Below are positions 53,969-64,000 of a stretch of DNA of 64,000 nt, piece by piece (the stretch's first letter is position 1; every line of letters starts with the position of its first letter). The position numbers and the translations under genes were made by a program. The notes beneath the pieces are model-generated. The model was given only the letters and a program-made list of their open reading frames with translations. It had not been told where the DNA came from and did no database searches. The DNA is from Candidatus Latescibacterota bacterium (lineage in GTDB: Bacteria; Latescibacterota; UBA2968). The stretch is taken from the NCBI GenBank assembly GCA_965198115.1, contig OZ240241.1, positions 1,728,001 through 1,792,000 on the forward strand. The letters are read 5' to 3'.

Positions 53969-55252
53969 TCAGATCTCTTCGGCCACAGCTGCGACGGCCT
54001 CGACCGTCGCATCGACGACGTCGGCTGTGTGAGCGGAAGACATAAACCACGCGCCCCGCTCCAGCGCTCGAACGCCCCGGTAGTGGAGCGTGTCGGTGAA
54101 TCGGATGTAGCGTTCCTTGTCGGCCTGCAACGACGTTCGATAATCGGTAACGGGACCTTCAACCCCGAAACCGACGTGGAACACCTGCGGGAAGCCGTCC
54201 ACCCGCGCCTCGATACCCGCATCGGCCAGGGCGGAAGCAATCCCGTCCATCAACCGGTTGCCCTGGATCGTCAACGACTCGAACGTCTCGGGCTTCGCCA
54301 GTTCCGTAAGCGTCGCGACGAGGGCGGCCATCGTCGCCGGCTGCGCATTGTAAGTCCCCCCGTGCATCACCCCACCCGACACGAAAAGATCCATCAGATC
54401 CGCACGACCCGCCAGACACGACAGGGGAAAACCGTTGGCGATCGCCTTCCCGAGTGTCGTCAGGTCGGGTGTGACCCCGAACAGCTGCTGGGCGCCGCCC
54501 GGAGCCACGCGAAACCCCGTAATCACCTCGTCGAAGATCAGAACCGTCCCTGTTTCGGTACAAGCCTCCCTCACACCCTCCAGGTAGCCATCGGCCGGAA
54601 AGATCGTGCTCGTGTTGCACATCGCTGGTTCCATGATCAGCGCGGCGACGTCCCCACGTTCCAACCGCTGCTTCACGAGCTCGAGATCGTTCCACGGAAG
54701 CACATCGGTATGCTCTCCCGCGAGCAGATCCTGACCGGCGCTGGCCGGCACCCGGGTCGGCGCTTCGAGTGGACCGTGCTGATCGGTGGGTGGCGCGACG
54801 CTCCATAGGACGCTGTCCAGCCACCCGTGGTAATGCCCTTCGAACTTGACGATCGTCGACCGCCCGGTGAATGCGCGCGCCAGACGCCAGGCCGCCTGCA
54901 CCACCTCGCTCCCGGCACAGCTGAACCGCACCTTCTCCGCCGACGGCACCATCGCGCAGACCAACCGGGCCGCCTCCTGCTCGATCTCTGTCTGACCGGC
55001 AAACAGAATGCCCGAATCCAATTGCTTTCGGACGGCTTCGATGACCGGTTCGGGATTGTGACCCAGAATCATCGGCCCCATGCCGAGGTAGTAGTCGATC
55101 AGTCGATTGCCGTCGACGTCGAACAGATAGGGTCCCTCCCCACGCTCAAACACGAGCGGCGTCGGCTTCATCCCAAGCCGGAAATTGCTGTTCACACCGC
55201 CCGGCAGAACCTGATCCGCTTCCTCGATCATCCTTTTTGAGCGGTCGAACAT
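53969..55252 (-). CDS. Class III aminotransferase (GSA-aminomutase-like)
   Basis: PGGVNS, KFEGHYHG, IFDEVITGFR, LGKAIANG, GTYN. Confidence 0.9.
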   Translation of the reverse strand: MFDRSKRMIEEADQVLPGGVNSNFRLGMKPTPLVFERGEGPYLFDVDGNRLIDYYLGMGPMILGHNPEPVIEAVRKQLDSGILFAGQTEIEQEAARLVCAMVPSAEKVRFSCAGSEVVQAAWRLARAFTGRSTIVKFEGHYHGWLDSVLWSVAPPTDQHGPLEAPTRVPASAGQDLLAGEHTDVLPWNDLELVKQRLERGDVAALIMEPAMCNTSTIFPADGYLEGVREACTETGTVLIFDEVITGFRVAPGGAQQLFGVTPDLTTLGKAIANGFPLSCLAGRADLMDLFVSGGVMHGGTYNAQPATMAALVATLTELAKPETFESLTIQGNRLMDGIASALADAGIEARVDGFPQVFHVGFGVEGPVTDYRTSLQADKERYIRFTDTLHYRGVRALERGAWFMSSAHTADVVDATVEAVAAVAEEI

Positions 55253-56583
55253 TAGGGTGTCTCGATTCTGTCTTTGAGTTTCAGGAACGTCTCCCTCGTC
55301 GCCTCGTTGATCCCGACCGAAAAACGGGAAGGGCCCATTTTGCTATACGCATTCGCCTGATCGACCTCATACCCACCTTCGGGAATCAACGCATCTACGG
55401 GCATGTAGGTTCTGCCGTCCTGGCAGTAGCCCCACCCCACGAGGTTCGGGTCGTCGAGCCACTCACGCAGCAACGGCAGCCACTCCCCCACCACCTCGTT
55501 CGCGAGCCACGCCACCGTATGCCCCGGTGCGAGCCGCATCAGTCCCACCGCCCACGGCACGTACTTCACCGGCGGGATCCCCGACTCGAACCGCTCGACC
55601 CAGTAGGTGCCCAGGTTGTGCTGAATTTCCTCTTCACTCTTCGCCAGTTCCCTGTAGTGCGAGATTGGCGGAATCGCTTCCAGGTCGCGTGGGGCCATCG
55701 CGAAAGCGGAGGCGAATGCGAAATCGAGGTCGAGCTTCGCTCCCTGGGAGTCCAGCACGGTCAGGACGTCACGACTCAGCGTTTCCCCGACCGCCTCTGT
55801 ATCCGCAGGAGTCGATTTTCGAAACGAGTTGGTCGCCAGATCCGCAACCTGCCGTGGACGCACGTTACCAGCAAAGCCCTGAATGAACTGAGTGTGCGTG
55901 TTCGCGCCCAGTTGCGTCTGAAGCGCCTGTCGGCAGACGCCTACGTAGTCCGGAGAGATCCCGTTCCACGCATACGCGTAAACCGTGACGGGATGACACC
56001 CGTAGTTGAACACCACGCACCGTCCCGCTCCTTCAGCCGCAGCCAGATCGAGCACCCACAAGTCGCGGTTCAGATGACCATCTGGGTTCGGTCGCAATCC
56101 CATCTCGCCCGTTTCCGAGCGATTCCGCCGGTTGATCCCGATCTCGGACGATCCGCAGTGAACCGTGGCCGTCACGGGCTCGAGTCGATCGATCGCGTCC
56201 AACGTCATTCTAGAGATACGGGCGAGCAGGTCCTGCTCGTATGCGATCAACTCGGACGGCTTCCCGACCGTCGTCGCGTAGCCTTCGAACCCCGACATCG
56301 GCCCGTTGTGCGTATGCGAATAGTTGACAATGATGGCGTCGAAGGGGATTCCGGTCAGGGCGGACAGCTCCTGCCGGAACGGCGCCGTCGTCTGCCACGA
56401 CATCCCGATCATGTCGATCGAGACCCAGACCGTCTGCTTCCCGCTATCGTCTTCCAGGACAACGACCTGAGCCACGAGGGGATCCAGCACCTCTTCTCCC
56501 CCGCTCAACCGCGGTCCTCGTCCACCTAGAGGCAGCCCCAGGGGAGGCGTTGAATCGATCTGTGACCAGGCTGCTCGAGTCAT
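55252..56583 (-). CDS. Neutral ceramidase-like amidohydrolase
   Basis: SHTHNGP, NRR, NYGCHP, ISPDY, QGFAGN, EGGYE. Confidence 0.85.
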   Translation of the reverse strand: MTRAAWSQIDSTPPLGLPLGGRGPRLSGGEEVLDPLVAQVVVLEDDSGKQTVWVSIDMIGMSWQTTAPFRQELSALTGIPFDAIIVNYSHTHNGPMSGFEGYATTVGKPSELIAYEQDLLARISRMTLDAIDRLEPVTATVHCGSSEIGINRRNRSETGEMGLRPNPDGHLNRDLWVLDLAAAEGAGRCVVFNYGCHPVTVYAYAWNGISPDYVGVCRQALQTQLGANTHTQFIQGFAGNVRPRQVADLATNSFRKSTPADTEAVGETLSRDVLTVLDSQGAKLDLDFAFASAFAMAPRDLEAIPPISHYRELAKSEEEIQHNLGTYWVERFESGIPPVKYVPWAVGLMRLAPGHTVAWLANEVVGEWLPLLREWLDDPNLVGWGYCQDGRTYMPVDALIPEGGYEVDQANAYSKMGPSRFSVGINEATRETFLKLKDRIETP

Positions 56584-56647
56584 AAGAGCTCGGTGTTCGC
56601 TGTTCGGTACCAAGGGTAGGAGCTGCCTCTGGCGGCGACTGAGGCAT

Positions 56648-57478
56648 TTACGTGCCGCTAATCCCAAGTAGCTCCCGCGCTTCATCGCAGGTCGCTACCT
56701 CCCGCTGCAGATCTCGCGAGAGCTTCACAGCCCGCTCCACGAACTGAGCATTGCTTTCTGCCTTCACTCCCCGCTCGATGTAGATATTGTCTTCGAAACC
56801 AACCCTCACGTGACCACCCATCAGCAGCGCGTGCGTCGTGATTGGTAGTTGCTGAACACCGGGTGCAAGCACGGACCAGACGGCATCCGCCGGCAGCCGA
56901 CGTCGCATCTCTACCAGCGACTCGATCGTCGCCTCGATGCCCCAGAAAATCCCGAGACAGAGCTGTACCCACGGCGGATCCTCGACGAGTCCATCGTCGA
57001 TCAGCTGTTTGGCCTGCCTGATGTGACCGACGTCGAAAACTTCGAGCTCGGGCTTGACGCCGGCTTCCTTCATCTCCCGAGCGCCCCGCTCGACCCAATC
57101 CTGCGGGTTCAGGAACACGCGACGGCCAAAGTTCACGGACCCAACATCGAGCGAGCAGATGTCGGGGGACAGGCTGATCGGGTCCAACCGACGATCGCCC
57201 GCATCCGGGCCCGTGAGGTTGAGCCCGCTCGTCGTCAGGTTGACGATCAGATCGCTGTCAGCTCGAATGCGCTCGACGACCTCCGCGAATAGTTCGACAC
57301 GAGAATCGGCCGCGCCCGTCTCCGGATCACGCACGTGAATGTGGGCGATCGCAGCCCCTGCCCGCCAGGCTCCGAGCGCCTGGTCCGCGATCTCCTCCGG
57401 TGTGTAGGGCACGTTCGGGTTCTGCTCTTTCGTAGGAGACGACCCCGATACGGCAGCCGATATGATCAGCTTGTCCAC
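56648..57478 (-). CDS. BKACE (DUF849) beta-keto acid cleavage enzyme
   Basis: [32 protein letters not shown]. Confidence 0.92.
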   Translation of the reverse strand: MDKLIISAAVSGSSPTKEQNPNVPYTPEEIADQALGAWRAGAAIAHIHVRDPETGAADSRVELFAEVVERIRADSDLIVNLTTSGLNLTGPDAGDRRLDPISLSPDICSLDVGSVNFGRRVFLNPQDWVERGAREMKEAGVKPELEVFDVGHIRQAKQLIDDGLVEDPPWVQLCLGIFWGIEATIESLVEMRRRLPADAVWSVLAPGVQQLPITTHALLMGGHVRVGFEDNIYIERGVKAESNAQFVERAVKLSRDLQREVATCDEARELLGISGT

Positions 57479-57493
57479 GTTATCCTTGCCTCA

Positions 57494-58501
57494 TCACCGT
57501 GGCCTGAAGCGAGCGATCGCATCGTCTGCGCGAGCCGTATTCGCGTCGATCGTACGGCCGGCATTGTGCGGCGTGTGGATCACGTTGTGTCGTCCGAGCA
57601 GCGGCGAATCGAGCGGGACCGGCTCGTTATCGAAGACATCGGCGGCCAGAAACAGCTCGTCGGCGAGCACGCGCTTGTAGAGAGCTTCCGTGTCGCACAC
57701 CCTCGCACGCGTGACTTGGACGACCAGACTCCGATCGGGCAGCGCGTTGATATGCTCGGCTGGGACGAGCCCCCGCGTGCTGTCCGTCAACGGAACCATC
57801 GGGACGAAGATGTCCGAATCTTTCACCAGCTCTGCCTGGTGGAAACAGCGTTCGACGCCCGCAATGTCGAACGAAGCGTCAGGAGCGAAGGGGTCCCAAA
57901 CCCTGACGTCCGCCCCCATCATCGCACACCACTTGGCGTAGCGTCCACCGATGTTGCCCACACCGATCACACGCACACGCTTTCCGGCGATCGTACCGTT
58001 CATGAAGTTCGGGTCGTCGCCGAACTGTTGTCCCCGCTGACCGGGCTTCCCCACCTTTGGGTTGTAATCCCAGGTCTCGTGACCTTGGATCATCTCGTTG
58101 TAAGTGATGGGGATCCGCCTGAGCGCGCAGATCGTCAGGCCGAGCGCGTATTCGGCGACCGTCTGACCCCACTGAACATCCCCCCGAGGATAGATGAACG
58201 TGACGCCGCGCGCTTCCGCCTCCTCGATTGCCTCACCCGCGTTGCCACCATAGTTCCCCGACGCATAACACTCTTCCAGTACCTTGAACGGCTCGAGGTC
58301 CTCACATTCCGTCGGAAAACCGAGCAGCACCAGACGACTCACCGTCTGGGGATTCGGAACCAGCTGGGGCGCTCGAGCCTCCATGCCCTCCGTACGGTAG
58401 AGCTCACAGCCTCCTGCCTCTTCCCACCGTCGCTGCCAATGATCGGCCGTGAAAGGCCAGGCTGCGTCATACCTTTCGTTCACACAGATCACGGATCTCA
58501 T
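57494..58501 (-). CDS. D-isomer-specific 2-hydroxyacid dehydrogenase
   Basis: VAEYAL, GVGNIG, PLTDSTRG, DVFDNEP, TPHNAG. Confidence 0.88.
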   Translation of the reverse strand: MRSVICVNERYDAAWPFTADHWQRRWEEAGGCELYRTEGMEARAPQLVPNPQTVSRLVLLGFPTECEDLEPFKVLEECYASGNYGGNAGEAIEEAEARGVTFIYPRGDVQWGQTVAEYALGLTICALRRIPITYNEMIQGHETWDYNPKVGKPGQRGQQFGDDPNFMNGTIAGKRVRVIGVGNIGGRYAKWCAMMGADVRVWDPFAPDASFDIAGVERCFHQAELVKDSDIFVPMVPLTDSTRGLVPAEHINALPDRSLVVQVTRARVCDTEALYKRVLADELFLAADVFDNEPVPLDSPLLGRHNVIHTPHNAGRTIDANTARADDAIARFRPR

Positions 58502-58551
58502 TTTTACCTTCTTTGAATGCCCTCGCATAGGAGGACAGCGTCCCTGTGCAC

Positions 58552-58571
58552 TCCTGAGCGGAGTCGAAGGG
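58552..58571. repeat. REP-like repeat (CCCTTCGAC...CTCAGG family)
   Basis: TCCTGAGCGGAGTCGAAGGG, related to 60683-60705. Confidence 0.5.
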
Positions 58572-58708
58572 ACACGGACGAGGGTAGCACAATATTCTTC
58601 AACTAACCATATGACGAACGCGCTACGCTCGCCCCTGGGCTCCGCCCGGGGGCGCTGTGACGGACAACAGAATGGGTTTTTCACGTATCGCGAGGGATAC
58701 ACCCCTCG

Positions 58709-59749
58709 TCACACAATCTCTACGCGCTGACCGTTGGAGAGCAGGGCGGCTTCGTAGACCTTCATCACAGACAGGGCGAACTCGAGTGACCCGAGTTCAG
58801 CGGGCCGATCAGAGAGGACGCAATCGCAAAAGTAGCGCATCTCGTCGTAGAAGCCCTGCGTGAACAGCGCCTTGTTCTCGAGCGTTCCCAACGTATCGGC
58901 TGGACCCCAGACTACGGCGCCCGAGTCCATGCCCGACGGAACATAGCTCGTGGTTCTCGAATACTCAAACGGGATGCCCCGCTGGACCGTCACACGCAGA
59001 TCGTGATCGATCGTGATGTGGCTCTGGCCCCAGAACGCGTAGCGCTCGGCTGCCCTTTTTCCCCTCGCAGACACGAGGTTGAACGTCCCAATCGTTCCGT
59101 TTCCGAATTCCAGCACACAGACACCCGACCCCTCTCTGTTTCGGTGCATCGTAACGGCCACCACCTCACCTCCCACCGCCAACATCAGCGAGAGCGGATG
59201 GCAGCCGTTTCTGAGCCAGTTCGGAGCCTGACGCTCTCGGAGTACAGCCTCTCCATCCTCTGGAATCGTCATCGAGTATTCCGCGCTCATCCCTTGCAGG
59301 GGTCCGTACTCCTCCGTCGCCAGGATCTCGATCACCTTCCGTGTCGCCGGCATGAAAGCCTTCTTGAACCCGACGACCGCCACGCGATCCCCACGATGCT
59401 CGATCACTGTCTCGATTTCCGAAGCCAGAACCGCCGGTGGTTTCTCCATCCAAACGTGCAGACCAGCCTCCAGCGCCTCGCAGGCAAGCTCTGGATGTAG
59501 CTCCGGCGACACGCACAGGAAGACAGCGTCCAGCTCTTGGCTCTGATACATCTCACCGGCTGTTGCGTAACAGGCTTGGACGCCATATTCATCTGCCGTT
59601 CGTTCCGCCAGGTCCAGATTGACGTCACACAGTGCCTGGAGTCTGACAGGCAGATAGTGCATCGTGGGCAGGATGTTGCGGTAACCGTGCGACCCGACGC
59701 CGACGAGACCGACGTTCGAGCGCTTCTCGAATTCGCGCTGGTAGCTCAT
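58709..59749 (-). CDS. Gfo/Idh/MocA oxidoreductase
   Basis: GVGSHG, EKPPA, NGCH. Confidence 0.9.
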   Translation of the reverse strand: MSYQREFEKRSNVGLVGVGSHGYRNILPTMHYLPVRLQALCDVNLDLAERTADEYGVQACYATAGEMYQSQELDAVFLCVSPELHPELACEALEAGLHVWMEKPPAVLASEIETVIEHRGDRVAVVGFKKAFMPATRKVIEILATEEYGPLQGMSAEYSMTIPEDGEAVLRERQAPNWLRNGCHPLSLMLAVGGEVVAVTMHRNREGSGVCVLEFGNGTIGTFNLVSARGKRAAERYAFWGQSHITIDHDLRVTVQRGIPFEYSRTTSYVPSGMDSGAVVWGPADTLGTLENKALFTQGFYDEMRYFCDCVLSDRPAELGSLEFALSVMKVYEAALLSNGQRVEIV

Positions 59750-60621
59750 CCCTCCACCTTCTCGATGATTCCACGAACGAAGTCGAGATCGCGCTCGGTG
59801 ACCCCGTCGTAATCGTAATCCTCACGCCGTTCGCCGTGGGACCCGTTCAAGCAGAGGACGGGACTGACGCCGTCGGCGACCACCCGACGCGTGATCGCCT
59901 CAACGGGCCAGGAAGCGTCCTCCAAACTCGACTTCCATTTCAGATCTGATGTGTCCTCCCCCGACCGGCCGCCCTTCACGTGGTAGTAGGCGAGTAAAGG
60001 TTTCAGCTGCTCGTAGACGTCGATCGAGGGGAAGGTGCCCATCTGCCAGAGGTTCTGAACGTCCCACGTCAGGTTTACGGCATCACCACAATCGAGCGCC
60101 TCGAACAGTCCGAGTATCTCCTTTGGCGTCGACAGGATGCAACCCCGGCACTCGTTTTCGATCGTCACGCGGAAACCCGCCGCCGCGAGTTTCTCGATCG
60201 CTTCGCGGTAGTGGTCGATCAGCCAGGGATGATCGGACTCTATGTAAGCCACAGCATCCCCGTGCTCATCTCTTGACGTGGTCGTTGCGCCAAGCAGCCT
60301 CACAAGATCCGACTGGAGAATGCGAGCGACCGAAATCGCCCGATCGATCTGGCCCAGATGGTCCTTTCTGAACAAGTCCTCACCGAGCTCCACATCCGTG
60401 TGGAACAGGATGGTCGACATACAGTAGACGTTCAGCCCTCGATCGCCGATCAACCGAGCAGCTCGTTCCGCTTCCGCCTCGGCCAGATCGACGATCCCCT
60501 TGTCGAAGATCCTATCCTTGAGATCAAGGTGATGCAGCCCCCACTCGACGTGCCGGTCCAACGCCCGTTCGAAATCGCGATCGGCCATCGAGTTGAGCAT
60601 GGTGATGGAGGTCTTTGGCAT
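59746..60621 (-). CDS. Sugar phosphate isomerase/epimerase (AP endonuclease 2 TIM barrel)
   Basis: IENE, WDVQN, YHVK. Confidence 0.8.
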   Translation of the reverse strand: MPKTSITMLNSMADRDFERALDRHVEWGLHHLDLKDRIFDKGIVDLAEAEAERAARLIGDRGLNVYCMSTILFHTDVELGEDLFRKDHLGQIDRAISVARILQSDLVRLLGATTTSRDEHGDAVAYIESDHPWLIDHYREAIEKLAAAGFRVTIENECRGCILSTPKEILGLFEALDCGDAVNLTWDVQNLWQMGTFPSIDVYEQLKPLLAYYHVKGGRSGEDTSDLKWKSSLEDASWPVEAITRRVVADGVSPVLCLNGSHGERREDYDYDGVTERDLDFVRGIIEKVEG

Positions 60622-60682
60622 TGCTTGTCCTATGGCGTATCCGAAAATGTGACCAATGTCATCCCGGCAGTGTTTTGAGCCG

Positions 60683-60705
60683 CCTGTCCTGAGCCTGTCG
60701 AAGGG
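60683..60705. repeat. REP-like repeat
   Basis: CCTGTCCTGAGCCTGTCGAAGGG, intergenic. Confidence 0.55.
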
Positions 60706-60809
60706 GGATCCATTTTCCCCCCGCAATAGCGGAAAACGTCAAAATCGGCCCCGGCTAAGAAGCGTACCGGGGCGACATTGATCGTCGCGAGCCAACCAAC
60801 TGATACATG

Positions 60810-62321
60810 CTATGTCGCTGGCCGAACAACGTCCTCCGGACGATCAGGAAACCCCATAATGTCACGCGACCGATCGAACTGGTAGATCCTGCTGCCCTGC
60901 CGTTCCTCGAACGGAAACGACCTCAGGCCATTCCCGTCCAATGCATCTCGTGATCCCTCTGGCTCACTCGATTCTGTGGCTCTTGCGCGCAGCCGATCCG
61001 CGACCTCACTGTCCGTACCCACACGATTCACCAGCTCCTGTGGATCCTCGGCCAGATTGAACAGCTGCTCCCGCCCTCCGTTAGCGATGTAGATGTACTT
61101 CCAGTCATCCTGGCAAACCATCATCTTGAACCGAGGTGTCCCTGGCTGTCCATACATCCCGATCACCGATTCTCTGGGCGGGACGTCACCAGCGAGCATG
61201 CCGAGAACATCCTCGCCGTCGCGAGTCTCTGTCCGTCCGGCGGCGTGAGTCGCAATGGCGAACAGGTCCGTAAGACACACCAGCTCTTCGCAGCGCTCAT
61301 CCGTCTGGAGCGACGCAGGCCAACTGAGCAGGAACGGGATATGGCAGGAGACGTCGAAGAAGGTCTCTTTCTGCCACGCCCGATGGTCCCCGAGGTGATC
61401 GCCGTGGTCGGAAAAGAAGCAGATCAGCGTGTTGTCCGCATCCCGTCTGGCCTCGACCGCGTCCAGGATACGGCCCAGGCACTCATCGATATACGTGATT
61501 TCTCCATAGTATCGAGCCTTGAGGACTCGAGCGCGCGAGTCTGCAATGTCGTCTGCCCAGATGACTCGGTTCATGAACGGAATCTGTTCATCTGCGTAGT
61601 CGGTCTCCCGTTCGCCGCAGATCGGATCCGGCATCCTGTCCGGATCATACATTCGGCTGAAAGGGACGGGCGGTGCGAATGGCGGGTGCGGGCCAATGAA
61701 GGAAACGAACCCGAAAAACGGCCGATCGTCATCGACCTCGATCTGCTCGATCGCTCTGTCGGCTGCCCACGATTCGACGGTCGCGTACGCAGGCATCGGA
61801 CTGACCTGCGGCATGTAATACATCTCGGTGCGCTCGCCCTGCAGCGCTTCGATGTAATCGTAGGTGGGATGCTCCTTCGCGATCCAGGCCGCGTAGGCGT
61901 CTCCCCTCCTCTGCTCGGGCGTTACGTAAAGTTCCTCGCTATGGAGGTGAACGTCATAACCGATATCCTCGTCCCACGGCCCGGTGTGGAACTTCCCCAC
62001 GCCAAAGGTTCGGTAGCCGTGAGTGCGCATCGTCTCGGCCAGATAGGGACCACAGCGCCCCGTCATCGTGTCGGCCTGGCCGGCGACAGGCGGAGATGCA
62101 CGGTTCGAGAAGCGTCGTGTTACGGCGGGCTCACAGCCAGTGCGAACCGTGTAACGCGCAGCGACGCAAACAGGACACGTAGAGTAGGCTCGCGTGAAGG
62201 AGAGCCCACGCCTGACAAGACGGTCGAGGTTCGGCGTGTAGATGTGACCGTTGCCGAGGGCAGCGATCGTATCGAACCGCTGTTGATCGGTCATCACGTA
62301 AAGGATGTTGGGCTTGGCCAT
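60810..62321 (-). CDS. Sulfatase (Cys-type, CxAxR)
   Basis: PNILYVMTDQ, CVAAR, GKFH, PHPP, SDHG. Confidence 0.92.
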   Translation of the reverse strand: MAKPNILYVMTDQQRFDTIAALGNGHIYTPNLDRLVRRGLSFTRAYSTCPVCVAARYTVRTGCEPAVTRRFSNRASPPVAGQADTMTGRCGPYLAETMRTHGYRTFGVGKFHTGPWDEDIGYDVHLHSEELYVTPEQRRGDAYAAWIAKEHPTYDYIEALQGERTEMYYMPQVSPMPAYATVESWAADRAIEQIEVDDDRPFFGFVSFIGPHPPFAPPVPFSRMYDPDRMPDPICGERETDYADEQIPFMNRVIWADDIADSRARVLKARYYGEITYIDECLGRILDAVEARRDADNTLICFFSDHGDHLGDHRAWQKETFFDVSCHIPFLLSWPASLQTDERCEELVCLTDLFAIATHAAGRTETRDGEDVLGMLAGDVPPRESVIGMYGQPGTPRFKMMVCQDDWKYIYIANGGREQLFNLAEDPQELVNRVGTDSEVADRLRARATESSEPEGSRDALDGNGLRSFPFEERQGSRIYQFDRSRDIMGFPDRPEDVVRPAT

Positions 62322-62461
62322 TGGAAAACTCAAAGGTTTTGGGGGGAACCGTCTCTCTTTGGTCACGGGTCACTGGTCAATCAGCACCGCATAGACCACC
62401 GAATCCCTTGACGAAGGTTGTTTGGCGGAGGTCGTTGGCAAAGGGCTCCACCGCCAGGGTC

Positions 62462-63874
62462 TCAACAGGTTCCCCAGTCTTTCCACTTCTCCGGATCCGC
62501 CCAGCGTTGTCCGACGTCAACGAATCCTCGTGGGCCTCGCCTGCCGTATTCGAACGGATCGCTCGTCGCTTCCATCCACCGATGCAATCGCGCTTCCATC
62601 TCTTCAATGGCGGGTTTCGCTTCAGCTGAATCCGCCAGGTTCGTCATCTCCAGAGGATCTTCATCACGGTCGAACAACAAGGGACCGTGTTCGTTGTCAA
62701 ACCACCGTGCGTAGGTATACCGCTCGGTCCTCACTGCCCGCCAGCGACCGACCCAGCCGTATCGATCTGGCCATCCATTGGCCATGTTCATCAGATAGAC
62801 CGACTCCTTTCCGCCGGTTGCGTGATCTGGATCGTCTGGCGCTTTCTCCCCTCGCCACACATCGGACACATCTCGTCCTTGCAGCCCGTCCGGGTGAGGA
62901 ACGCCGAGAGCGCCGAGCAGGCTGGGCACGAGATCGATCGACCCGATAAACGCATCACTCCGCGATCCTGCTGGTGTCGAACCGGGCCATCGAATCACGA
63001 ATGGGACGTGGGCGGACTCCTCGTAGGGCGTCGCCTTGGAGGCCCGCATCGAGGGATGCATCCAGCTGTCAGATGGCTTGCCATAGCCGTGGCTGGACAG
63101 ATGGTCGCCGTGATCAGACGTGTAACACACAATCGTGTCATCCGCGATGCCAAGCCGGCCGAGCGCATCGAGCAGCCGGCCCATTTCCGCATCGAGACCG
63201 GTACAGCACCCGTAGTAGTCCGCGATCTCTCGTCGGGCGAACTCGGCCATCTGCTCGGGCACGTTGCCGGGAAGATCGACCGTCGCGGGGTCATACCTGG
63301 CGTGCTCATCTGGATGCTGTGGGTAGGGCCAATGCGGGGGACGCCACGACAGAAATAGCGCGAATGGATCGTCGGGGCGATTCTCCCGATGCTGCTCCAC
63401 GAATTGAATCGCTAGATTGGTTTCCACCGTGGGTCCCCAACCCTCGTGAACCGTCGGGCCCCCATCGTTCTCGAAGTAGGACCGATCGAAGTATCCCCCG
63501 CCCAGCTGTAGAGCTGCAAGATAGTCGAGGCCGTAACGATCCTCCTCCGGATACGGCCCCACTCCGAGGTGCCACGTCCCGATGTGGGCGGTATGATAGC
63601 CGTGCTCGCGAAGGGTCCCGGGCAACGTCGGAATGTCGCGACGTGGTTCGTACTCGTTGTCGATCACGCCGTTACGCCAACCGTAGCGACCGGTCAACAG
63701 GATCGCTCGATATGGTGAGCAGAGCGGATGATTCGAGAACACATTGTCACAAACCATGCCCTCGGCGGCCATGCCATCGAGGACCGGCGTCTGAACGACG
63801 CTGTTGCCGTTCGTGCCGAGGGCACCGTAGCGCTGTTGGTCGGAGAAGACGAAAAGGAGGTTGGGCTGAGCCAT
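62462..63874 (-). CDS. Sulfatase (Cys-type, CxPxR)
   Basis: PNLLFVFSDQ, CSPYR, GTWH, PPH, SDHG. Confidence 0.92.
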   Translation of the reverse strand: MAQPNLLFVFSDQQRYGALGTNGNSVVQTPVLDGMAAEGMVCDNVFSNHPLCSPYRAILLTGRYGWRNGVIDNEYEPRRDIPTLPGTLREHGYHTAHIGTWHLGVGPYPEEDRYGLDYLAALQLGGGYFDRSYFENDGGPTVHEGWGPTVETNLAIQFVEQHRENRPDDPFALFLSWRPPHWPYPQHPDEHARYDPATVDLPGNVPEQMAEFARREIADYYGCCTGLDAEMGRLLDALGRLGIADDTIVCYTSDHGDHLSSHGYGKPSDSWMHPSMRASKATPYEESAHVPFVIRWPGSTPAGSRSDAFIGSIDLVPSLLGALGVPHPDGLQGRDVSDVWRGEKAPDDPDHATGGKESVYLMNMANGWPDRYGWVGRWRAVRTERYTYARWFDNEHGPLLFDRDEDPLEMTNLADSAEAKPAIEEMEARLHRWMEATSDPFEYGRRGPRGFVDVGQRWADPEKWKDWGTC

Positions 63875-64000
63875 CAGGCTGTTGCGGCTCCGACTTCACG
63901 TGCGACCTTGGGCCGACGCAGTTTCCAGACCGAAGTCGAAATCTACTCCATCACATACATCAGGAGACACAGAGCCGCGACGAGGAGCAACGAGTTTCGC
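63874..64000 (-). CDS. C-terminus of a membrane transporter (MFS-like), partial
   Basis: NSLLLVAALCLLMYVMGVDFDFGLETAS...; stop overlaps the sulfatase ATG. Confidence 0.5.

Noticed and set aside
53969-55252. hemL
   Set aside because: Catabolic context and motif deviations (GVNSNFR, FSCAGSE); called only as a family member
55237-58516. Long plus-strand ORFs (55237-56529, 57335-58516) and similar antisense ORFs elsewhere
   Set aside because: Shadows of GC-rich genes on the opposite strand; no motifs

Overview
A ~60% GC bacterial window, heavily invaded by IS elements. Gene content (sulfatases, PhyH, Gfo/Idh, ceramidase-like) suggests a marine or sponge-associated Latescibacterota/Gemmatimonadota-like organism; this is inference only. 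Left arm (1-10 kb, minus): a secreted protein with 12 tandem ~106-aa beta-rich repeats plus Ig/HYR-like domains, a GT2 synthase, and a tightly coupled operon of XRE regulator, KAP NTPase-FGS fusion and TsdA/SoxA-like diheme cytochrome c. 10-30 kb: a divergent surface-glycan locus with ExeA ATPase, HD-GYP, methyltransferase, SGNH, PqqD/RRE, HPr-kinase-like protein, nucleotidyltransferase, an STT3-like and an ALG6/GT87-like GT-C, wza, wzc and wzy-like genes. It is being inactivated by four IS insertions and two short tandem duplications. Undoing these lesions reveals an unusual Wzc-TM-SPOR fusion. 30-46 kb: permease, substrate-binding protein and a graveyard of IS (IS630, ISAzo13, ISL3, IS256, IS21, IS200, IS1182), TA fragments, an autotransporter-like barrel and an Ssp-like phosphorothioation remnant. 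46-64 kb (minus): a catabolic cluster (sulfatases, Gfo/Idh, TIM barrel, 2-hydroxyacid DH, BKACE, ceramidase-like, class III aminotransferase, CocE, 2x Ldh_2, PhyH) cut by an IS3/ISAzo13/IS256 nest. Many single-base frameshifts may be long-read errors rather than real pseudogenes. No rRNA, tRNA or CRISPR was seen.
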